A stretch of 61,145 nt of DNA, taken from assembly GCA_011525945.1 (NCBI GenBank), contig WYBJ01000071.1, forward strand, positions 1-61,145, given 5' to 3'. The notes below the pieces were generated by a model. It saw only the letters and a program-made list of their open reading frames with translations. It was not told where the DNA came from and did not search any database. This document shows positions 16,454 through 26,032 of the stretch, in pieces. This DNA is from Burkholderiaceae bacterium (GTDB taxonomy: Bacteria > Pseudomonadota > Gammaproteobacteria > Burkholderiales > WYBJ01). The position numbers were made by a program, and so were the translations under genes. How positions within the stretch are numbered: position 1 is the stretch's first letter; each line of letters opens with the position of its first letter.

Positions 16454-17724
16454 CGCGGCTTGCATCGGTTCGCACGCTCGCCGCGCAGGCGAGGCGGATC
16501 ACTTTGCTGCTGCCATCGCTGGCGGCCGGCGGTGTGGCCCGCTCGGTGCTGCATCTTGCCGGTGCGTTCGACGATGCCGGCCGGTCGGTCGATCTCGTGC
16601 TGTGCAAGGCCGAGGGCCCCAATCTCTCGAGCGTGCCCGCCGGTGTCAACGTCGTGACGTTGCGGCGCGAGAGTCCGATCGCCGCTCGCGCGCGGCTGCT
16701 ACGGCTCGATCCGCGCGGCGCGGCGGCGATGGCGCGCCCTGCCTTGTTTGCCTGGCGTCCGGCTCCGGTCCAGCCCTATCTCGCCGACCTGGCGCGCTAT
16801 CTAGATCGGGTACGACCCGACGTGCTGCTGTCGGCAAAGACACCGACAAATCTGCTCGCGCTCTGGGCGCAGCGCGCGAGCGGGGGCGCTACGCGCGTGG
16901 TGGTTGCCGAGCACACGCAGTTGTCGCAATCGATCGCGCGCGAGCGCAAGTGGCGCTGGCGTTACATCGCGCCGTTGGTGGCGCGCGCGTATGCCGGCGC
17001 GGACGCGATCGTGTGCGTGTCGGACGGCGTCGCCGACGATCTCGCCTGTACCGCGCGATTGCAGCGCTCGCGTCTGAGCACGATCTACAACCCGGTCGTG
17101 ACGCCGGAGCTTGCGCTGCGCGCTGCCGAAGCCCCGCCGCATGCCTGGCTCGATGCGAGCGCCGATGCGGGCGTGCGTCGAACCGCGCATCCGCCGGTCC
17201 TCGTCGCCGCGGGTCGGCTGGTCGCGCAGAAGAACTTCGCGCTGCTGCTGCATGCGTTCGCGCGGCTACGCTCGCAGCGCCCGGCGCGTTTGTTGATCCT
17301 GGGCGAGGGGCGCGAGCGGCCGAAGCTGGAGGCGCTCGCTCGCGAGCTCGGCATTGCCGCCGATGTCGCCCTGCCGGGCCATGTGGCCAATCCGTATGCG
17401 GCTTTCGCGCGCGCCAGCACGTTCGTGCTCTCGTCGGATTGGGAAGGATTGCCGACGGTGCTGATCGAGGCGCTCGCCTGCGGTTGTCCCGTCGTGAGCA
17501 CCGATTGCCCGAGCGGCCCGGCCGAGATTCTGCAACACGGGCACTACGGTGCGCTCGTGCCGATGGGAGACGCCACCGCGCTCGCGCAAGCGATGGCGGC
17601 CACGCTCGAGCGACCTCCGGCAGTCGAGCTGCTGCGTGGCCGCGCGCAAGCATTCACGCTGCAACGGAGCGCCCAGCGCTACCTCGAGCTGCTCGATGGA
17701 CTCTTTTTGCGTGCGCCCGCGTAA
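16450..17724 (+). CDS. GT4-family (GT-B) glycosyltransferase
   Basis: E-x7-E motif in SDWEGLPTVLIEALACGCPVVSTD, plus LVAAGRLVAQKNF. ATGA overlap with the upstream stop at 16450-16453. Confidence 0.85.
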   Translation: MTRLASVRTLAAQARRITLLLPSLAAGGVARSVLHLAGAFDDAGRSVDLVLCKAEGPNLSSVPAGVNVVTLRRESPIAARARLLRLDPRGAAAMARPALFAWRPAPVQPYLADLARYLDRVRPDVLLSAKTPTNLLALWAQRASGGATRVVVAEHTQLSQSIARERKWRWRYIAPLVARAYAGADAIVCVSDGVADDLACTARLQRSRLSTIYNPVVTPELALRAAEAPPHAWLDASADAGVRRTAHPPVLVAAGRLVAQKNFALLLHAFARLRSQRPARLLILGEGRERPKLEALARELGIAADVALPGHVANPYAAFARASTFVLSSDWEGLPTVLIEALACGCPVVSTDCPSGPAEILQHGHYGALVPMGDATALAQAMAATLERPPAVELLRGRAQAFTLQRSAQRYLELLDGLFLRAPA

Positions 17725-17744
17725 CGCGTGCGTTTGCTGCTACG

Positions 17745-18821
17745 ATGCCGCGAAAGAGAAGGGCCTTCACCGTGCAGCTGCCCGCCGGGCGCTTCGCAAA
17801 TCTCATCGTCGCTTCGACCTTCTACCACGTCATACTCGCTTGCCTGATCGCGCGCGATGTGCGCTTCGCAGGCGCGAGCGCGCTGGTTCTACACATGGGC
17901 CGCGAGCAGATGGCGGCGTTGTACGAGTCGCTGGCGCGATCGACGGACAGCCCGTTTGCAGCGACGGTCGCGATGCATCCGGGCGAGGGCGGCAAGGCAG
18001 CGCGCGAGCGTGCCCAGGGCCGCTGGCTCGCACGGCTCGATCGAATCGTGCAGAGCGAGCGCGTCATCGTCTTCAACGACCTGACGCCCGACCTGCAGCT
18101 TCTGTGCCGGCGCGCAGAGCAGCGCGGCGCGCGTACGTTCTGTGGCGAGGATGGCGGCGCGGCGTATTCGTCCCGCAGCGCCGCCTCTGCGCGGCGGCGG
18201 CATCTGCAGCGGATGCTGCGTTTCGGCCCCTGGATCGAGAACGTGGTTGCGTCCGGCGCCAGCCGTCATATCCAGACCTATCTCGCGCTCAATGCCGAGC
18301 TGCTGCGCCCCGAGCTCCAGCACAAGCCCGTCTGGGCGTTGCAGGCTCGGGCCATGCCGGAGCTGATCGCGTCGAGCTGGATCGGCGAGTTTCTGGCGCG
18401 CTTCGGGGTTGCGCCGAGCGCGCTCGCGTGCGACGAGCTGTACGTTCCGGCGAGAAATCGGCCGTCCGCGGCACGCGAGCGGGCGTGCTCGGCGCTGTCG
18501 CGGGAGCTGCACGCGGCTAGACAGGCCGGTCTGGATTGCCTGGTGAAGTATCATCCGCGCGACCCGCAGGACCGCCTCGGCGCGCAAGCGCTCGGCGTGC
18601 GCGTGTTGCCGGCGGCGATCCCCGCGGAACTGATCTATCTCGCCAGCGGCGAAAGGCTTCGCCGTGTTCTCGGCGACACGGGCACGACGCTCATGAGCGC
18701 GCGCTGGCTTGCACCGCAGGCGCAGGCGATCTCGGCGCTGGAGCTGTCGGCCATGGATGATCCGTGGTACGCGCGCACGCTCGAGCGGCTCGGGGTGCAG
18801 AGCCTGCATATCCAGGCGTGA
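17745..18821 (+). CDS. hypothetical protein carrying the two short bacterial-sialyltransferase signature motifs (D/E-D/E-G and H-P)
   Basis: 3-prime part of track ORF 16431..18821, starting at ATG 17745. Contains FCGEDGGAAY (residues ~135-137) and LVKYHPRDP (residues ~270-271). No other recognisable domain. Confidence 0.6.
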   Translation: MPRKRRAFTVQLPAGRFANLIVASTFYHVILACLIARDVRFAGASALVLHMGREQMAALYESLARSTDSPFAATVAMHPGEGGKAARERAQGRWLARLDRIVQSERVIVFNDLTPDLQLLCRRAEQRGARTFCGEDGGAAYSSRSAASARRRHLQRMLRFGPWIENVVASGASRHIQTYLALNAELLRPELQHKPVWALQARAMPELIASSWIGEFLARFGVAPSALACDELYVPARNRPSAARERACSALSRELHAARQAGLDCLVKYHPRDPQDRLGAQALGVRVLPAAIPAELIYLASGERLRRVLGDTGTTLMSARWLAPQAQAISALELSAMDDPWYARTLERLGVQSLHIQA

Positions 18822-18860
18822 CCCCCCGTAGCCCGATTCCGACCGGAGTACGACGTCAAG

Positions 18861-19793
18861 ATGCAGTTCACCCCCCTTAGCGAAGCGCCTCTGGGTTTGT
18901 CCCGCGAAGACATCATGCGGACGATGGCGCCGTTCGTGAAGCCGCGCGCCGAGGGTGACGCTGCCGAGTGGGACGCGATCGTGCGCAAACGCAAGAAGGG
19001 CATCGTGCGGCGCGCTCTTCGGCGCCTGCCGCTCGGCTGGCTGCCGTGGCAGCAGCGCCGCATCGGCGAGGTCATCGACGAGTATTCGGCGCTGTGGCCG
19101 CGCATCGGTTTCGACAGCTACGACCCGGGGAAGCCGCCCGCGCGCTACCAGCCTTGGCACTGGGGTGAGGAGCGGCTGCTCGCAAGCGACTTCGGCGGCG
19201 TGCGCTTGCGTCAACTCATGCTGGTGCGGCTGATCGAGCGGCTGAAGCCTGCGAGCGTGCTCGAAGTAGGGTGCGGGCTCGGCATTCATCTCGTCCTGCT
19301 CGCGGGCAGGTTTCCGCAGATCGCGTTTCACGGCGTCGAGCTCACGGCCGCGGGGCACGATGCAGCGCGCGCGTTGCAAGAGCGCAGCCAATTGCCGCAG
19401 AACCTGGTCGCGTTCGCGCCCACGCCGCTCGAGGATACGGCGGCGTTTCGGCGCATCGATTTCCGCCAGGGCAATGCCGCCTCGTTGCCGTTTTGCGATG
19501 GTCGCTTCGATCTCGTCTACAGCGTGCTCGCCCTGGAACAGATGGAGCGCGTGCGTGAACGTGCCTTGGCCGAGGTTGCGCGTGTGACGCGGCGCCACTT
19601 TTTCGGCATCGAGCCGTTTCGCGATGTCAACGACAGCGGCTGGGAGCGGTTCTACGTCCTCGGACGGGACTACTTTCGAGGCAGAATCGCCGACCTGCCG
19701 CGCCATGGGCTCGTGCCGATGCTGGCGTGCGGCGATTACCCGCAGGAGCGCTTTCTCAAGACCTGCGCGGTACTCGCGGAAAAGCGCGCCTAG
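18861..19793 (+). CDS. class I SAM-dependent methyltransferase
   Basis: Motif I VLEVGCGLGIH, post-I HGVELT, and DLVYSVLALEQM. Confidence 0.85.
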   Translation: MQFTPLSEAPLGLSREDIMRTMAPFVKPRAEGDAAEWDAIVRKRKKGIVRRALRRLPLGWLPWQQRRIGEVIDEYSALWPRIGFDSYDPGKPPARYQPWHWGEERLLASDFGGVRLRQLMLVRLIERLKPASVLEVGCGLGIHLVLLAGRFPQIAFHGVELTAAGHDAARALQERSQLPQNLVAFAPTPLEDTAAFRRIDFRQGNAASLPFCDGRFDLVYSVLALEQMERVRERALAEVARVTRRHFFGIEPFRDVNDSGWERFYVLGRDYFRGRIADLPRHGLVPMLACGDYPQERFLKTCAVLAEKRA

Positions 19794-19799
19794 CAGCCG

Positions 19800-20837
19800 T
19801 CACGGCGTGGGTGCGGAAGGATCGAGCGCGAGCGAGGGCGTGGCGCCAGGGCGCAGCGCCCGCCAGTCGACATGCGGGGCGGCCATGCGCAGCAGCGGCG
19901 AGGCGAGCATGCGCATCGCCGCCCACGGTCCCAGCGTACGCCCGATCCGTTTGCACAGGATGAACCAGCGCTTGCCCACTGCGCGCGCGAGCGCGGCTTG
20001 GTCGTAGCGGCGCGCGCGCCGGTTCGCAACGAGCAGATCCGACAGCCACGCCTCGGCCCACTGCACGTCGTCGCGCCCGGCAAGTCCGCCGCGCGAGAGC
20101 AGGTAATGCTTCTCCACGTCGGCCTCGCCGGGTGCAACGCCAAGCGCCTCGAGCTGGGCACGATGGATCGCCATCTTGCGGTTGCGGCCGAGCTCGGGCG
20201 TGAGGCGCGTGGAGCGGCCGGGGTGCTGGCGGCCGCAGACCAGAATTGCCGGCAGGTTCGCCATCGCGTGGCGTTCGGCAAGCCGCACGTGCATGTCATA
20301 GTCCTGCGAGCGCGGGAATTCTTCGCGATAGCGATACTCCCGAAGCACGGCGGTGCGTGCCATGATCGAGCGATTGGACAGGCAGCAGCGGAACAGAAGC
20401 TCGGCGTCGACATCGGGTGCGGCGAGCGGTTGGCGGCGCACGCGCGTCCCGAGCTGCCCGTGCGCGTCCATGAAGCTTCCCCAGCTTCCAACTTGGACAT
20501 GGTCGCGATGGGTATCAAGAAAGTGGACCTGGGCTTGCAGTCGCCCCGGATAGGCATAGTCGTCGCTGTCGAGCAGCGCGATGTATTCGCCGCGTGCCAG
20601 ATCCAAGCCGCGGTTGCGCGTGCGCGGGATGCCGAGGTTGGCGCCGTTCGCCTCGGCCCGCACGCGCGCATCGTGCGCGGCGTAGCGCTCGATGAGCGCC
20701 AGGCTCGTATCGGTTGAGCCGTCGTCGACGAGCAGCAGCTCGAAATCGGTGAATGTCTGGGCGAGGATGCTGTTCACCGCGACGCACAGGTAGTGGCTGC
20801 GGTTGTAGACCGGGATGAATACGCTGACCTTGGGCAT
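19800..20837 (-). CDS. GT2-family glycosyltransferase
   Basis: Begins MPKVSVFIPVYNRSHYL, followed by LLLVDDGSTD and IALLDSDD. The inner ATG of track ORF 19800..21011 was used. Confidence 0.88.
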   Translation of the reverse strand: MPKVSVFIPVYNRSHYLCVAVNSILAQTFTDFELLLVDDGSTDTSLALIERYAAHDARVRAEANGANLGIPRTRNRGLDLARGEYIALLDSDDYAYPGRLQAQVHFLDTHRDHVQVGSWGSFMDAHGQLGTRVRRQPLAAPDVDAELLFRCCLSNRSIMARTAVLREYRYREEFPRSQDYDMHVRLAERHAMANLPAILVCGRQHPGRSTRLTPELGRNRKMAIHRAQLEALGVAPGEADVEKHYLLSRGGLAGRDDVQWAEAWLSDLLVANRRARRYDQAALARAVGKRWFILCKRIGRTLGPWAAMRMLASPLLRMAAPHVDWRALRPGATPSLALDPSAPTP

Positions 20838-21044
20838 GGCGGCCGCCGAGCCTGCGTCAGACGGCGTAAAGGTTGCGCGCGCACGCAACCCACGAGATTC
20901 GCGCGATGCCATCAGCATGGGGCGCGCCCGGTGCGCGCTCGATCGCCCGCAACCCGCGCCGGGAGTTGGTCTTGCGCGGCGCGCCGGCGAGGTCGCACCG
21001 TGGGTGCGCACGGCGCTTGCGCGACACCTGCGGGTCGAGATCGT

Positions 21045-22010
21045 TCAGGGCCGATGGGCCGGGTTGGGGCACGCGGGATCGTCCTCATTCCAGATTGACA
21101 TTGTCGCAGGGGCGACCGGGAGCTTGCGCCAGCGCCGGTGGTGCCAGCTCCAGAGCGCCGGATGGAGCAGGGCCTGGCGCTCGGAGGCTCGCGCCAGCTG
21201 CTCGATCACGGCTTCGAGCCCGCCGGCATCGCTCGGCAGCGCCGGCTCGATGCGAAACTGCCAGGCGCCGTCGTAGCCGGTGGCGAGTACGGGCAGCACC
21301 GGTGCGCGCGTGTGGCGCGCAAGCTGGGCCGGCCCTGCGGCGAGGCTCATCAATTTGCCGAGAAAGCGTACCGTAACTCCATCCTTCGGGTGCTTCACAC
21401 CCTGGTCCAGGGTAACGAACAGAATACGTCCGCTCGTCACCGCCGCGCGCATCCTGCCATAGGCCCGCAGGCCTTCGTTCGCCGCGATCGCCTCGATGCC
21501 ATAGCGGGCAAAGCCGCGTCCGAGAAATCCCGCCGGCGCCATGCGCGCCTGCCGATACACTACGCTCATCGGCCAGCCCGCCGCGGCCAGCCCGGCGGCG
21601 AGCAGCACGCCGTTGCCGGCATGCGTGCCGAGCAGGATCGCGCCGCGACCGGCGGCGAGTGCCGCCTGCAGGTGCTCTTCGCCCGCAACGACCAGGCGCG
21701 ACCACAGCATGCGCGCGTCGTGCGGCTGCGCGAGCAGCGCCAGGATCTCGATGGCGGCCTGGGCATTGATGTGGTGCGCGTGGCGCAATTGCATCGCCAC
21801 GCGCGCATCACCGACCGGTCGACCGAGTGCGAGCGCCATGTCGTGCGCGCAGCGTTGTCGCCGGCGCCACGCGATGCGATATTCGAGCTCGCCGATCACT
21901 TTGCCGAGCATGGGCGCGTGGCGCAAGCCCGCCACGCGGGCGACGCCTTCGAGGGCGACGAACAGGATACGCCGGCCGCCGCGACGCAGCCATCGTGCCG
22001 TCTTAGCCAT
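21045..22010 (-). CDS. lipid A biosynthesis (LpxL/HtrB)-like lysophospholipid acyltransferase family protein
   Basis: Family-level resemblance: …GRGAILLGTHAGNGVLLA…, FVTLDQGVKHPKDGVTVRFLGK, PAQLARHTRAPVLPV, ALWSWHHRRWR. The catalytic dyad was not verified by eye. Confidence 0.7.
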   Translation of the reverse strand: MAKTARWLRRGGRRILFVALEGVARVAGLRHAPMLGKVIGELEYRIAWRRRQRCAHDMALALGRPVGDARVAMQLRHAHHINAQAAIEILALLAQPHDARMLWSRLVVAGEEHLQAALAAGRGAILLGTHAGNGVLLAAGLAAAGWPMSVVYRQARMAPAGFLGRGFARYGIEAIAANEGLRAYGRMRAAVTSGRILFVTLDQGVKHPKDGVTVRFLGKLMSLAAGPAQLARHTRAPVLPVLATGYDGAWQFRIEPALPSDAGGLEAVIEQLARASERQALLHPALWSWHHRRWRKLPVAPATMSIWNEDDPACPNPAHRP

Positions 22011-23775
22011 GCACGATCGCGCGTGCCGCCGAAGCCGCAGGCAGCGGCGCGGCGGCGCGGACCTCGCGATCCTCCACCCGGTAGAGGCGATCGGCGATTC
22101 TCATGAGCCCCTCCTGGTGTGCGACCGCAAGCATGGTGAGACTGCCTTTGAGGTGGCACAGCGTTTCGAGCACGGCGGCCTGGGCTTGGGCATCCAGATT
22201 GCTGGTGGCTTCGTCGAGGATGAGCAGGCGCGGCTTGTGGATGAGCGCCCGGGCGATCGCCAGGCGCTGGCGCTGGCCGCCGGAAAGTCGCGAGCCGCCT
22301 TCGCCGATGGGCGTGTGCACGCCTTGCGCCATCGCTTCGACGAATTCGAGGGCATCGGCCGCACGCAACGCCGCTCTGAGCGCTTCCTCCGGCACCGCCT
22401 CGCCGAGCGTCACGTTGTAGGCTACCGATTCGTTCAGCAGGATCGATTCCTGCGGCACATAGCCGATCTGGCCGCGCCAGGCGCGAAGATCCATCTCGGC
22501 GAGCGCAACGCCATCGACGAGAATGCGACCGCGGTCGGGTTGCAGCAGTCCGACCACCAGGTCGAGCACGGTGGTCTTGCCGGCACCCGAGGGACCGACC
22601 AGGACGGTGAGTTCGCCCGCGGCAATGACGAACGACTGGTCGCGCACCACCATGGTATCGTCATGGCCGAAGCTCACGTTCTCGAAGCGGATCTCGCGCT
22701 CGAGCTCGACCAGGCGCGAGCCGCCGGCGGATTCGCGTTCATCGTACGCCGCCTCGATCGCCGCGGTTATGGACCAATAGGCGCTCTCGCGCATCGCGAC
22801 CTGCTGGAAGGCACGCTGGCTCTTCGACAGGTAGTTCACGACGCGCGCGAGCAGGAACAGCATCACAAGCAGGTTCGCCATCGGCATCTTCAGTACGACC
22901 AGACCGAGGTAGAAGCCGACGCAAACCATGATCGCGAGCAGCGGCTCCTGCAGCGCGGAGAGCGCCTCCTTGGCGACCACCTGTCGTCGCAGCGCGCGCC
23001 GCAGTTGGCGCGTGAGATCGGACAGCAGCGCCTCGATATGACTTTCGCGCGCCATTGCCTTGAGCGGTTTGGCGGCGGCAAGACGACTGCCGACCGCCGC
23101 CAGCAGCGATTTGAACAGCTCCGTCTGATGGCGACTCGCGCGCCGCGAATTCCGGATCAGGCGGCTCAAGGCGAGCAGCAGCAGTGCGCCCGCGAGCAGC
23201 GCAGCGATGCCCGCCGGGGCCGAAATCGACAGCGCAATGCCGAGATAGATGACCGCGTTGAGCGCGAGCGCCAGCATCTCGGCGGTGTGCTGGAAGGCCT
23301 CGGCGCCGCGCTGTGCCTCGGCGCCGAGCGATGCGGACAGCTTTCCGACCGACTGTTGTACGTAATAGCGCCAGTGCGCATTGGCTACGGCGCGGATCAG
23401 TGCGAGGCGCAGATCCGATGCGATCCGCGCCACGGTATATCCGACCTGTCGGTTGGCGAGCAGGGCGAGCGCCGCTTTGCCCGCGATCAGCAGGACCGCG
23501 AGCACGAGCAGGTTGCGCGGCGTCGCGGGCACGTGCAGGAACTCGGTTACGCGAAGCGCGATGCGTTGCGGCAGACTTGCAGCGCCGTGCGCTTCGCCGC
23601 CGGCGAGCGAGAGCATCGACAGCAGCATCGACAGACCGAGCCCGTCGAGCAAGCCGGCGACGAACACCGCGCCGAGCCCGGCCGCGCTGCGGCCGGGATA
23701 GCGCCGCAGCACGGCGCAGATCATCGCGAAGCTGCCGCGGCTGCGGATCGCGGCAGCAGCAGGCAAGGCATTCAT
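22003..23775 (-). CDS. ABC exporter, fused permease/ATPase (MsbA-like half transporter)
   Basis: N-terminal 6-TM region. Walker A GPSGAGKTT, signature LSGGQRQRLAIARAL, Walker B LLILDEATSNLD. Start ATG overlaps the upstream stop (ATGA 23772-23775). 8-nt overlap with the downstream gene. Confidence 0.88.
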   Translation of the reverse strand: MNALPAAAAIRSRGSFAMICAVLRRYPGRSAAGLGAVFVAGLLDGLGLSMLLSMLSLAGGEAHGAASLPQRIALRVTEFLHVPATPRNLLVLAVLLIAGKAALALLANRQVGYTVARIASDLRLALIRAVANAHWRYYVQQSVGKLSASLGAEAQRGAEAFQHTAEMLALALNAVIYLGIALSISAPAGIAALLAGALLLLALSRLIRNSRRASRHQTELFKSLLAAVGSRLAAAKPLKAMARESHIEALLSDLTRQLRRALRRQVVAKEALSALQEPLLAIMVCVGFYLGLVVLKMPMANLLVMLFLLARVVNYLSKSQRAFQQVAMRESAYWSITAAIEAAYDERESAGGSRLVELEREIRFENVSFGHDDTMVVRDQSFVIAAGELTVLVGPSGAGKTTVLDLVVGLLQPDRGRILVDGVALAEMDLRAWRGQIGYVPQESILLNESVAYNVTLGEAVPEEALRAALRAADALEFVEAMAQGVHTPIGEGGSRLSGGQRQRLAIARALIHKPRLLILDEATSNLDAQAQAAVLETLCHLKGSLTMLAVAHQEGLMRIADRLYRVEDREVRAAAPLPAASAARAIVHG

Positions 23776-24809
23776 AGGCTGAGGAAATGCACGCGCGGCC
23801 CCGCGCGGATCGTCACCGGCAGGGCCGGGTCGACATCGAACGACTCGCCGTCCAGAGTGTAGCTCGACAGTCCCGAAGCGCCCAGGGCATCGCAACGGCC
23901 GCTCAGATACCCTCGTTCGGCATCCATGGCGGGCGTGAACCGGCCAGTGATCAACCACGGCAGCCGCGCCCAGAAACTCGGGCCGCGTGCCGCCACGGCC
24001 GTGAAGCGCACACCGCCGTGGCCATGCCGAGCGTACGGGTCGAGAACGCCCTGACGCTTCTGCAGCGTGCTGGCGATGAACCAGCGAGCGGGCTTCGCCA
24101 GCATTTCACGCCCAGGCACCTCGACGCGCAAATCATCCAACGGCGGTTCGCGCATGCCGAGCATGGCGGGCAGCGCCAGCGCAGCGAGGCTGCACGCGGT
24201 GCCAAGATCGCTCTGGCGCAGTCGTCCGCTGCCGTCGCTGCGATGGCGGTGACACGCCCGGATCGCGCGGTCGACGAGTCCGGCTGCGAGAAAAAAACCA
24301 TGTCGCGCCGGCGCCTTAGGCTGCTCGATGCGCAGCACCTGCCGTACTGTGACACCGAACGGTACACCATCGCGCCAGCGCTCGAGCGCGCGCTCGAGCT
24401 TCGGCAGTACGTCGCCGCGCCCGCCGAGGTCGCCCGCCGTGAGATTGGTGCGACCGCCGCCGAGCAGCAGCAGCCGGGGTTGCACGACGCCGGCGGGAAG
24501 CAGGGCAAGCCGGTCCACGAAGGCCTGTACCGTGCCGTCGCCGGCGAGGAGAAAAACCGTCTGTTGGTCACGCCGCAGGATGAGGTCGAGCGTCGCGGCG
24601 ATGCCGCTCGGGTCGGCGGCGTGAATCACTTCGATACCGTGCGCGCCGGCGAGCCGGGCAGCGTGCTGCGCGAGGCGGTCGCGCGCGGCACTGTGGCTCA
24701 TCGGGTTGACCACGAGACAGGGCCTATGCGGTGCGGATTGCGGTGGTCGCGCCGTCGCCGCGGCCCGCGTGCTCACGGCGTTCGCGGCAGGCCGGGATTT
24801 TGCGCCCAT
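23772..24809 (-). CDS. DAG-kinase catalytic-domain (YegS/BmrU-like) lipid kinase
   Basis: Motifs CLVVNPMS, FLLAGDGTVQAF (GDGT) and LLLLGGGRTNLTAGDLG. An alternative start, GTG at 24776, would form a GTGA overlap with the upstream stop. Confidence 0.78.
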   Translation of the reverse strand: MGAKSRPAANAVSTRAAATARPPQSAPHRPCLVVNPMSHSAARDRLAQHAARLAGAHGIEVIHAADPSGIAATLDLILRRDQQTVFLLAGDGTVQAFVDRLALLPAGVVQPRLLLLGGGRTNLTAGDLGGRGDVLPKLERALERWRDGVPFGVTVRQVLRIEQPKAPARHGFFLAAGLVDRAIRACHRHRSDGSGRLRQSDLGTACSLAALALPAMLGMREPPLDDLRVEVPGREMLAKPARWFIASTLQKRQGVLDPYARHGHGGVRFTAVAARGPSFWARLPWLITGRFTPAMDAERGYLSGRCDALGASGLSSYTLDGESFDVDPALPVTIRAGPRVHFLSL

Positions 24810-25951
24810 CGTTGCATCGCCGATCGTTGCGCCGGCGTCGCCTTCGCGTTGCGCCACAGCTCGGCCAGCGCTGCGAAGAAACTGCGCCGCCCGGTCGCGT
24901 GATAAGGAGCGTCTCGTGGCAGCAGCTCGCTCAGGCGCCGGTGCGCTCTGCCGAGATTGTGATAGGGAAGCGCGGGGAACAGGTGATGCAGTGCGTGATA
25001 ACGCAGGCCGACGGGAAAGAGCAGCACCGTGAGCCAGGTCTGACCGGTGATGTTGATGGAGTCTTGCATCTGTTCGAGGTGACTCATGCGCTCGCCGCGG
25101 TTGCCGTAGCGATGGGCGGCGAGATTGCGTACCCAGTTGAGCCCGAGTGCGCCGGCGACCAGCAAGTAACCCATGAAGATGTCTGCCACGCCGACGATAC
25201 CGGCAGCGAGCAGGCCGGCGAGGCTCGCCAGGTAGGCGAAAGAAATCGCCTCCACGATGACGAGATGGCGCTCGTCGCGATGCGGGAAGCGTTTCGCGTA
25301 GTAGGGATTCGACACCGCCGCCGAGGCGCGCGTAAGCACCCATTCGCGCAGCCTGCGATTGAGCCAGGACAGCGGCCCGAGCAGGCCCAGGCGTACGAGC
25401 ATGAAAAGCGGCAGCAGCGGAACCTGGGCGAGGTACTTGATCGTTTCGCGAAGCGGCGAAGCTCCCAGCGGAAGGTATTCGCCGTCCTCGGGTGTGCCGA
25501 AATGGCGGGCGTCGTGGTGGTCGGCATGGTTGCGATAGAAGATCCACGGCATGAGGAACGGGATGCCCACGGCGAGGTTCCACGCAGGCCCGAACCATCG
25601 CGCCTGATCGGGGCGCATGTGCACCAGCTCGTGGATGAACGTTCCGCTGCGGAAAAACAGCAGGATGCTCGCGACGTACGCTACCGCTTGGACGAGGCTC
25701 CACGTCGGGGCGAGAAAGTATACGGCCGTGAAACCCCAGGCTGCCGCGCTGGTCAGCGAGAAGTCGATCCAGTAGATGGGCGCGGAGCGCGCGTAGAGGT
25801 CACTCACCGCGGCGCGCGCTTGCTCGAACCAAGCGGGCATTTCACGGGCCTTCCCCCCGACCTGGCCTGCATCGGGAGGAGCGCCGTTGCCCGCGCCCTG
25901 TTGGCCGGGACCGCCTCCGGCGCGGCTACTTTCACTGACAACCTGCGGCAT
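24773..25951 (-). CDS. membrane fatty-acid/sphingolipid desaturase-hydroxylase family protein
   Basis: Three His boxes: HELVH, HADHHD and HALHHLF. Several TM segments. The start could be the inner ATG at 25840. Confidence 0.85.
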   Translation of the reverse strand: MPQVVSESSRAGGGPGQQGAGNGAPPDAGQVGGKAREMPAWFEQARAAVSDLYARSAPIYWIDFSLTSAAAWGFTAVYFLAPTWSLVQAVAYVASILLFFRSGTFIHELVHMRPDQARWFGPAWNLAVGIPFLMPWIFYRNHADHHDARHFGTPEDGEYLPLGASPLRETIKYLAQVPLLPLFMLVRLGLLGPLSWLNRRLREWVLTRASAAVSNPYYAKRFPHRDERHLVIVEAISFAYLASLAGLLAAGIVGVADIFMGYLLVAGALGLNWVRNLAAHRYGNRGERMSHLEQMQDSINITGQTWLTVLLFPVGLRYHALHHLFPALPYHNLGRAHRRLSELLPRDAPYHATGRRSFFAALAELWRNAKATPAQRSAMQRWAQNPGLPRTP

Positions 25952-26032
25952 AGCGTTGCGAGGATACCGTCATGGCCGACCCAGAACAAGCGCGACGGGC
26001 TGTTTTCAGGTGCGGCGGCGCGATTGTATAGG

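Noticed and set aside
16431-18821. 796-aa plus-strand ORF
   Set aside because: It is a composite. The first ~440 codons are an alternative frame of the GT4 gene (Arg/Ala-rich). Only the part from ATG 17745 has protein-like composition.
17889-19706. 605-aa minus-strand ORF
   Set aside because: It is antisense to the hypothetical/sialyltransferase-motif gene and the SAM-methyltransferase gene. It has no motifs and Arg/Ala/Leu-rich composition.
21541-23862. 773-aa plus-strand ORF
   Set aside because: It is antisense to the well-supported ABC exporter and LpxL-like genes. The composition is Arg/Ala/Gln/Glu-rich and low in complexity, with no motifs.
23772-25703. 643-aa minus-strand ORF as a single kinase protein
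   Set aside because: The N-terminal ~300 codons are an alternative frame of the desaturase gene (Arg/Pro/Ala-rich). The kinase domain begins only near …CLVVNP…, so the start was moved to 24809 or 24776.
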